This document shows, piece by piece, positions 27,826 through 33,010 of a stretch of DNA of 33,010 bases (positions within the stretch are counted from its first letter, which is position 1; each line of letters opens with the position of its first letter). Location: IMG/VR virus record IMGVR_UViG_3300048849_000138, positions 1 through 33,010 of that record. The stretch is one strand, 5' to 3'. Both the position numbers and the translations under genes were made by a program. The notes beneath the pieces are model-generated. The model worked only from the letters and a program-made list of their open reading frames with translations. It was not told the origin of the DNA and made no database searches. This stretch comes from a virus. Taxonomy: Duplodnaviria; Caudoviricetes.

Positions 27826-27902
27826 CCCCTCGGGGTTCGAATCCCCCTTACCACGACGCTTTTCCCAGGGGCCCCCGGCTGCGGATGAGAATCGATCTCA
27901 TT
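27826..27902 (-). other. Candidate cos site (cosQ-like + cosN-like)
   Basis: Minus strand GGGGCCC (27875-27869), 16 nt, GGTAAGG, GGGATTCGAACC (27845-27834); parallels the lambda end as recalled: GGGTCCT, 16 nt, GGTTACG, GGGCGGCGACCT. Confidence 0.65.
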
Positions 27903-28173
27903 TCTGCAGGCCGTCCGCGATCGCGCCGGGCCGCGCGTGGATCGGCCGGTCAGCGTGCATCGGGGCGACCAGATACGCGCCATCCGGCAGGAACCGCGAC
28001 GCGAACTCGTACGCCGCGTCGGCCAGCCAGCACCACGCTTGCAGCGGCAGGAACTTAGGTGCGCCGTCCACCCCGTCAGGCGTCGGCCGCACCCAGGCGG
28101 GTACGCCGAACAGGCGGCCGTGGTGCGTCATGCCAGCGGCAAGCGCGGCGGCCTCGGTGATGAACAGGCGCAT
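27898..28173 (-). CDS. Hypothetical phage protein, 91 aa
   Basis: ATG 28173 with GGAG SD (MRLFITEAAALAAGMTHHGRLFGVPAW). Confidence 0.7.
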   Translation of the reverse strand: MRLFITEAAALAAGMTHHGRLFGVPAWVRPTPDGVDGAPKFLPLQAWCWLADAAYEFASRFLPDGAYLVAPMHADRPIHARPGAIADGLQK

Positions 28174-28189
28174 GCGAACTCCAGAATGC

Positions 28190-28222
28190 AAAACGCCCCG
28201 GCATGTCTCCATGTCGGGGCGT
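28190..28222 (-). terminator. Intrinsic terminator after the HTH gene
   Basis: Minus strand ACGCCCCGACATG-GAGA-CATGCCGGGGCGT-TTT. Confidence 0.75.
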
Positions 28223-28249
28223 GCAGTGCGCGGCGTTCGCGCGGTCAGG

Positions 28250-28507
28250 TCAGGCCGAGTCGTCCACGTCTGCGCCGATCTCGCGCATCTTCGCCTGGAC
28301 GCGCGCCACGTCTTCCGGCGACAGCACCAGCTGGGCGGCGAGGTGGAAGAGGTTCGGATACTCGATGCTGCGCGGCGTCGCGCCGCCCGTGTACTTGCGC
28401 CAGTGCTGCTCACCCACGCACGCCAGCGCGGCCATCTGCCGGCCGGTGTATCCCAGGTCGGTCTTGAGGCGCTGCAGGTCGTCGGGCGTGGGCGGCGTAT
28501 AGGCCAT
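28250..28507 (-). CDS. XRE/Cro-like HTH protein, 85 aa
   Basis: LQRLKTDLGYTGRQMAALACVGEQHWRKYTGG helix-turn-helix pattern. Confidence 0.8.
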   Translation of the reverse strand: MAYTPPTPDDLQRLKTDLGYTGRQMAALACVGEQHWRKYTGGATPRSIEYPNLFHLAAQLVLSPEDVARVQAKMREIGADVDDSA

Positions 28508-28513
28508 GCGACA

Positions 28514-28534
28514 AACCCGCCTTTCGGCGGGCTT
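28514..28534 (-). terminator. Intergenic hairpin/attenuator
   Basis: Minus strand CCCGCC-GAAA-GGCGGG-TTTGT, ending a few nt before the HTH ATG. Confidence 0.6.
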
Positions 28535-28540
28535 CCGTGG

Positions 28541-28729
28541 TTAGGGGAGAAGGATCTTGGCGAGGGCCGCGCCGGTGGTGAACGCTGCGGTCACCACGAT
28601 CATCGGGTACCAAGCGCGCTCACGGGCCAGCTTGCCAGCCTCCGCGTTCAGCTTGATCGTTTCCGCCATCAGCTTGGCAATCTCGGCTTCGGTCTTGAGC
28701 ACGTCCAAGGGCTTCACCATTTTCTTCAT
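28541..28729 (-). CDS. Small coiled-coil protein with C-terminal TM (59-62 aa)
   Basis: EAEIAKLMAETIKLNAEAGKLARERAWYP followed by a hydrophobic tail; the AAGGA SD fits ATG 28720 better than ATG 28729. Confidence 0.75.
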   Translation of the reverse strand: MKKMVKPLDVLKTEAEIAKLMAETIKLNAEAGKLARERAWYPMIVVTAAFTTGAALAKILLP

Positions 28730-28774
28730 CCTTTCGGGTTGCGGACTGCGCGATGCGCGCTATCCATGTGAAGA

Positions 28775-28803
28775 AATATAGCGCATTATGCGCTATCCAA
28801 CAA
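28775..28803 (-). promoter_or_regulatory. Sigma70-like promoter with palindromic operator
   Basis: TTGTTG-17 nt-TATATT; perfect inverted repeat ATAGCGCAT-T-ATGCGCTAT (28778-28796) in the spacer; extra half site GCGCTATCCA at 28757-28766. Confidence 0.75.
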
Positions 28804-28850
28804 GCCCTTTCGCTGTCCTGAGCTATATTTTTCGTGATGACAAAAAGTCC

Positions 28851-28883
28851 TTGCGCTCCCGACTTATTGTGTGCACAATAAGT
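28851..28883 (+). promoter_or_regulatory. brnTA promoter with palindromic operator
   Basis: TTGCGC-17 nt-CACAAT; perfect inverted repeat ACTTATTGTG-TG-CACAATAAGT (28862-28883) over the -10. Confidence 0.8.
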
Positions 28884-28885
28884 AC

Positions 28886-29152
28886 ATGGACATCGAATTC
28901 GACCCCGCAAAAAACGCCGCCAACGTCGCCAAGCATGGCGTGTCGCTTGCCGACGCCGCTGGGATCGAATGGGATACCGCACTGACCGACGACGACAAGC
29001 GCCAGAACTACGGCGAAGACCGCAAGGTGTCGCTCGCCTACATCGGCAATCGCCTGTTCTGCGCCGTGTACGTCATGCGAGGCGAACGCCTCCGGATCAT
29101 CAGCCTTCGCAAGGCCAATAGCAGGGAGTTGAAACGATATGCCGAAGCTTAA
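28886..29152 (+). CDS. brnT: BrnT family toxin (type II TA ribonuclease)
   Basis: MDIEFDPAKNAANVAKHGVSL...YGEDR...RIISLRKANSRE. Confidence 0.93.
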   Translation: MDIEFDPAKNAANVAKHGVSLADAAGIEWDTALTDDDKRQNYGEDRKVSLAYIGNRLFCAVYVMRGERLRIISLRKANSRELKRYAEA

Positions 29153-29417
29153 GCCGGGGACGGTGTTCCCCACCCCCGAGGAGGACGCCGCGATCACTGC
29201 GGCGGCCATGTCCGACCCCGACGCCATCCCGTTCACCGACGCCGAATGGGAAGCCGGCAAGGCCACCCGCCGCATGGGCCGGCCCCCTGCTGAAGTCACG
29301 AAGGAGCGCATCTCCATCAGGCTGTCGCCGGAAGTCGTCGAGCGGTTCAAGGCCGACGGGCCAGGCTGGCAGACGCGCATTGATGCAGCACTGAAGGAAT
29401 GGATTGCCGCACACTAA
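29139..29417 (+). CDS. brnA: BrnA family antitoxin
   Basis: GRPP...KERISIRLSPEVVERFKADGPGWQTRIDAAL ribbon-helix-helix C-terminus; overlaps brnT. Confidence 0.93.
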   Translation: MPKLKPGTVFPTPEEDAAITAAAMSDPDAIPFTDAEWEAGKATRRMGRPPAEVTKERISIRLSPEVVERFKADGPGWQTRIDAALKEWIAAH

Positions 29418-29469
29418 CGGACGATCGTGGACCGCACCCATGCACGCTTTGCGTTCGGTGCCCAATCGA

Positions 29470-29541
29470 TTCCCTGCCAAGTTTCGAACTTGCGTACCGT
29501 ACACGATAGCCCCTTAGTTTCGTATGCGTGTTGAGCAGGGG
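29470..29541 (-). ncRNA. Candidate tRNA-like element or degenerate tRNA
   Basis: 72 nt; CCCCTGC/GCAGGGA acceptor-like stem, CAAG-TTCGAAA-CTTG T-arm at tRNA spacing; no canonical D or anticodon arm. Confidence 0.3.
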
Positions 29542-29627
29542 CGGTAATCTTGCGGACACGCATTGGAAAGTGCAATTGCAGCCTTGTGCTTGTAACCTGC
29601 TAGCTGATCAACTTTGGATCGATAACG

Positions 29628-30524
29628 ATGACTGAAAAGCGCGCTCGCTCCGCAGCTTCAGGGGAAAACGAAACCGTCGAAAAAACGGTTGCGACACCTC
29701 TGACATGCGGGGTAATTCAACCCCTTTCCGCAATAGATGGCTGCACTGCTGGGCACTGGAGCGATGTTTTCGCAATCATCAAAGAGGCTGTTGAAGGTAT
29801 TGAATCGCCTACCTTTACGGCGCGGATGGTAAGCGATGCCGATGACGTGGGCGTGATACACAAACGAATCGTCTCGAATATCTACCAGAGCGACATCGTC
29901 GTATGTGATGTAAGCGCTCGAAATCCTAACGTAATGTTTGAACTAGGCATGCGCCTGGCGTTCGATCGACCAGTGGTCCTGATCAAGGACGATAAGACCG
30001 ATTATGCCTTTGATACAGGACTGATCGAACACATCCCGTATCCGCGCGATCTCCGGTACCAAAGCATTCAACTGTTCCAGCAGACTTTGGCGCAGAAAGT
30101 CTCGTCGACGTTCCTCGCTTCGCAAAGCGCGGACCATAGCTCTTTCCTGAAAAATTTCGGCGCGTTCCAAGTCGCGAAGCTGGATACGGTTGAGGCGAAG
30201 GCGGACCAAATTCTAGTCGGACTGATCGATGACCTGCGAACGGAGGTGCGCACTCTAAGGAACACCAGAAACGGCTTGCAGCTTAATGGGGCCTTCAACG
30301 TGCAGAATTTCTCCGATGGACGCGCTTTCGACGACAAAGAGATTTCAGCGATGTTGGCCGGCAGCATGCATGAAGCACGGGTAACACTTGTTGAAGCAAG
30401 CGCTCCGCTTGACGACGAGGTCCTGACCAAAATTCGTGCCGTGGCTATCGAAGATGTGGCTGCCCGCACAAATCTTCCACGAACATACTTGCGACGATTG
30501 GCTGACCGGATTCGAATTCACTGA
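29628..30524 (+). CDS. Nucleoside 2-deoxyribosyltransferase/TIR-like Rossmann domain protein (accessory moron), 298 aa
   Basis: CGVIQP...SDIVVCDVSARNPNVMFELGMRLAFDRPVVLI...FD motif; visibly lower GC than the flanks; opposite strand to the late operon. Confidence 0.8.
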   Translation: MTEKRARSAASGENETVEKTVATPLTCGVIQPLSAIDGCTAGHWSDVFAIIKEAVEGIESPTFTARMVSDADDVGVIHKRIVSNIYQSDIVVCDVSARNPNVMFELGMRLAFDRPVVLIKDDKTDYAFDTGLIEHIPYPRDLRYQSIQLFQQTLAQKVSSTFLASQSADHSSFLKNFGAFQVAKLDTVEAKADQILVGLIDDLRTEVRTLRNTRNGLQLNGAFNVQNFSDGRAFDDKEISAMLAGSMHEARVTLVEASAPLDDEVLTKIRAVAIEDVAARTNLPRTYLRRLADRIRIH

Positions 30525-30610
30525 GTTAACGCTATGGACTAGCGAGGGCGAGCGACGCTCTCGCGCAGCCAGCGACTGCAATTTATCCGCATAAGTCAGT
30601 AGAGAGGCGC

Positions 30611-30644
30611 AAAAAAGCCCGCTCGGCATCTGCCTGCGGGCTTT
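30611..30644. terminator. Bidirectional terminator (tR'-like on minus; also ends the moron transcript on plus)
   Basis: AAAAAAGCCCGC-13 nt-GCGGGCTTT. Confidence 0.8.
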
Positions 30645-30661
30645 GGGCGCACGTACTGCGT

Positions 30662-30703
30662 ACATTAGCGAAAGAGTGTGCCAAATGCGCACGATTTGCG
30701 CAA
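30662..30703 (-). promoter_or_regulatory. Late promoter pR'-like with a downstream -10-like pause element
   Basis: TTGCGC (30703-30698)-17 nt-CACACT (30680-30675), then TAATGT (30667-30662); directly after the Q-position gene and before a terminator. Confidence 0.6.
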
Positions 30704-30711
30704 GGGCTATT

Positions 30712-31308
30712 TCACGCTGCGATGAGCTCGCCCACGATGCCCCCGACACACAGCAGTTCGTCGATGGCCGCGAACGCCCTCTCCTCCTCGCCCGGTACGG
30801 CCGGCTTTCCGGCGTGCGCCTTCTTTCCGCGCAGCCAGGCGATGATCAGGCCGTTGTGCTTGCTCGCCGTGTTGCGTGCAACGCCGCATTCCTCAGCGAC
30901 CTGCACCAGACTTTCCTCCAGCCCGAACGCTCGCGCGACGATCGCGGTGCGCAACGCGCGGTTGGACAACTGGCCTGACAGTGCCGCGCCCACTGCCGCT
31001 TCCTGGATAACGCGCACGCCCCCGGTAAATGCATCGCTCAGGCGGTCCTTGCCGCACGCGCAGCACGGCTGCATGCGCGGCGCGTAGCGCACCTGAAGGA
31101 TCGCCTCCCAGACCGGGCCAAGCGATGCCACCTTGCGGCGGATCATGCCGGCTTGGCCCGCACCATCGACGCCGGACAGGCCCTTGCCAGCGGGTGTAGC
31201 GCCGACCATGGCGCGGGCCATCGCCGAACGGTCGTACTGCTGGCCCGAGTATGCGAACGCGAAGGTGAGCGCGTCGTGGGTGGTCTTGAACAACGGCTGC
31301 TGGTTCAT
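30712..31308 (-). CDS. Late gene regulator in Q position (antiterminator-like)
   Basis: Last early gene, followed by promoter and terminator; CCACG Cys cluster; C-terminal HTH SLVQVAEECGVARNTASKH. Confidence 0.65.
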   Translation of the reverse strand: MNQQPLFKTTHDALTFAFAYSGQQYDRSAMARAMVGATPAGKGLSGVDGAGQAGMIRRKVASLGPVWEAILQVRYAPRMQPCCACGKDRLSDAFTGGVRVIQEAAVGAALSGQLSNRALRTAIVARAFGLEESLVQVAEECGVARNTASKHNGLIIAWLRGKKAHAGKPAVPGEEERAFAAIDELLCVGGIVGELIAA

Positions 31309-31505
31309 GCGGGCTCCGATTGGGTGAGGGTTTCGCGGCCGATCAGGGACGGCGCGCGGGTGAGTTCTTCGCAGCGGGCGACGGCCTGCCGCATCGCGGG
31401 GTTAGTGACCAGGGCAGCGCGCTGCCAGTTGCGCACCGTGGGCGGCGCGGCTCCAAGCGGCGACGCGTTGGTGACTGGCGCGGTCATCGGGACAGCGTGG
31501 CTCAC
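31305..31505 (-). CDS. Hypothetical protein, 66 aa
   Basis: GTGA/ATGA overlaps with both neighbours. Confidence 0.5.
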   Translation of the reverse strand: MSHAVPMTAPVTNASPLGAAPPTVRNWQRAALVTNPAMRQAVARCEELTRAPSLIGRETLTQSEPA

Positions 31506-31777
31506 GCGTGAACCTCGGCACGTTTCTGGCAGGCTGCTTCGACCTCGATCATCGAGCCGATGCGGTCCGCAATTTCTTCGGCCGCGAGTGCGCCTTGATC
31601 GTCGCGCGCGTTGACGGCGGTTGCCGCACGCCCTTCCGCGACGCCACGCGCATCCTCCATCGCAGTAGCACGCGCAGCTTGGCCGTATTCCTGCATCTGC
31701 TGCGGCGTGAAATACACGTTGCCGGTCGGCATGCGCTTCAGCGCGGGCTCCGGCAACGGGGGAAGTTGGTAATGCAT
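31502..31777 (-). CDS. Hypothetical phage protein, 91 aa
   Basis: LPPLPEP...FTPQQMQEYG motif common in phage early regions; AGGAG SD. Confidence 0.7.
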   Translation of the reverse strand: MHYQLPPLPEPALKRMPTGNVYFTPQQMQEYGQAARATAMEDARGVAEGRAATAVNARDDQGALAAEEIADRIGSMIEVEAACQKRAEVHA

Positions 31778-31778
31778 C

Positions 31779-32210
31779 CTAGGTCTCCTTTCCCAATTCG
31801 GTGATGTGCACTCTCACGCCCGGCACCGCGGCGTAGCGCTTGATTGCGGTGACGCTCACGACCTGCGAGTCGTCGCGCCATACAACCTGGTTGATGCCGT
31901 CGAAGATGGCCTTGCAGGTGTTGTCGATGTCGGGCTTGCCGGTCGGGCGAACCTCGCCGGCCAGCGCCGCGCGCTGCTTCTTCTGCGACCACGACGCCGG
32001 CACCGGCACGGCGATATCGAGAACAACTTGAGCTGCGCCGAGCATCAGCCCCTGCTGGCCCATGGCAACGCGCGCAGCGTGCGCGACGAGGCTTTCGTAG
32101 TTGGCGGTCTTGGCCGGCGTGTACATGCGGGCGCGCCCGGCGATCGTCGACACGCGTGGGCGGCCTTTGCCGATCGGCACGCCAGGAACAACGAACATGA
32201 CGCCGCTCAT
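31779..32210 (-). CDS. rusA: RusA family Holliday junction resolvase
   Basis: PIGKGRPR, KPDIDN, IFDGINQVVWRDDSQV motifs. Confidence 0.92.
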   Translation of the reverse strand: MSGVMFVVPGVPIGKGRPRVSTIAGRARMYTPAKTANYESLVAHAARVAMGQQGLMLGAAQVVLDIAVPVPASWSQKKQRAALAGEVRPTGKPDIDNTCKAIFDGINQVVWRDDSQVVSVTAIKRYAAVPGVRVHITELGKET

Positions 32211-33010
32211 GCCGGCACGCTCCGGCGGTAGCTGGGCCAGTCGAACGGAACCACGCGCCCGCCGCCCTCACGCAGGCGATCCAGCACGCGCTCGCCCAGG
32301 AAGTCGCCCAGCTTCGGCGCGGCCAGATTGCTGATCACGATCGTCGGCTTCATCTGCTCGTACCGGCCGTTGATGATGTCGAACATCAGCAGCTTCTCGG
32401 TGTCGCTACCGAACTGCACGCCCACCTCGTCGAGGATCAACAGGTCCGGCTCCACCAAACGCTGGATGGCGGCGCTCTCGGTGTCCTCGCTGTCTTTGCG
32501 CCAGGTTTCCTTGATCATGCGCACCGCAGCCAGCACCGACGTGAATACGGCCATGCGGTCGGCCTCGATGACCCGGCGCGCAATGCCGCAGGCCAGATGC
32601 GTCTTACCGGAGCCGACGCTGCCGCAGAAGATCAGGCTGGAACCCTGCTCCAGGCGGCGGGCGAACGTGTCGGCATAGTCGCGGGCGACCGACAGCGCGT
32701 AGCGGGCGCCATCGCAGTGCAACTCGAAGCTGTCCAGCGTGCGATCGCGGAAACGCTCCGGGATGGCAGCGCGGCCGATCAGCTGGCGGGTGCGCGCCTC
32801 GCGGCGCTGGCGAGCGAGCTGCTCACTGCGCGCGCGGGCCTCGGCAGCATGCGATTCCTCTACGCACGCGCGGCAAGTGGTCCACCGGCCGCGCAGCACC
32901 TGGCGCGCAAGGTACGGGCCGTGCGTGTCGCAGACCTCCTCGCGGCCGGCGTCAGAAGAAGCCGTCAGCGGTAACACCTGCCCGATAGTCTTGATCGCCA
33001 AAGTTTCCAT
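32207..33010 (-). CDS. DnaC/IstB-like AAA+ helicase loader
   Basis: CxxH...CxxC N-terminus, IPERF, Walker A GSVGSGKT, Walker B LLILDE, ISNL, RVLDRL. Confidence 0.93.
   Translation of the reverse strand: METLAIKTIGQVLPLTASSDAGREEVCDTHGPYLARQVLRGRWTTCRACVEESHAAEARARSEQLARQRREARTRQLIGRAAIPERFRDRTLDSFELHCDGARYALSVARDYADTFARRLEQGSSLIFCGSVGSGKTHLACGIARRVIEADRMAVFTSVLAAVRMIKETWRKDSEDTESAAIQRLVEPDLLILDEVGVQFGSDTEKLLMFDIINGRYEQMKPTIVISNLAAPKLGDFLGERVLDRLREGGGRVVPFDWPSYRRSVPA

Noticed and set aside
27780-27856. GGGGTTCGAATCCCC looks like a tRNA T-arm on the plus strand
   Set aside because: No matching acceptor stem, D arm or anticodon arm; better explained as the dyad of the cosN-like site.
28541-28729. 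MKKM dual start resembling the lambda S holin/antiholin
   Set aside because: Single C-terminal TM, far from the endolysin, with its own promoter; the first ATG is too close to the SD.
29418-30524. Retron system (structured RNA next to an NDT-like effector)
   Set aside because: No reverse transcriptase in the window and no long a1/a2 inverted repeats; kept only as separate findings.
32207-33010. IstB-like ATPase suggesting an IS21 element
   Set aside because: Coupled to rusA in a phage replication module; no transposase or terminal repeats in the window. It is a DnaC-like loader.
1-33010. CRISPR array, integrase/att site, rRNA or canonical tRNA
   Set aside because: None seen; the immunity and integration modules lie outside this window, so prophage versus free phage cannot be decided.

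Overview
The window is the replication-to-lysis two-thirds of a high-GC lambdoid temperate siphovirus or prophage; a Burkholderiales-type host is inferred from the gene families only. Almost everything is on the minus strand. Read from the right end: DnaC-like loader, RusA, two small ORFs, a Q-position regulator with a pR'/tR'-like promoter and terminator, an accessory island, a lambda-like cos candidate, a gpZ-like gene, TerS and TerL, gpW, portal, Clp protease, decoration protein, major capsid, head-tail connectors, tail tube, G/GT chaperones with a -1 frameshift, a 1917-aa tape measure, a non-lambda tail tip, two receptor-binding proteins (one with an SGNH esterase), and a lysis cassette. 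The most unusual parts are: (1) the 27.9-30.6 kb island, with an antisense low-GC nucleoside-deoxyribosyltransferase/TIR-like gene, a tRNA-sized element with acceptor stem and T-arm, a leaderless BrnTA pair, and a divergent membrane-peptide + HTH module with its own operator; (2) a lysis cassette with two tandem spanin-like pairs; (3) DUF4214-like repeats in the tape measure; (4) a motif shared between the two fibre proteins, suggesting a branched adhesion device. All family assignments come from motif recognition, not database searches.
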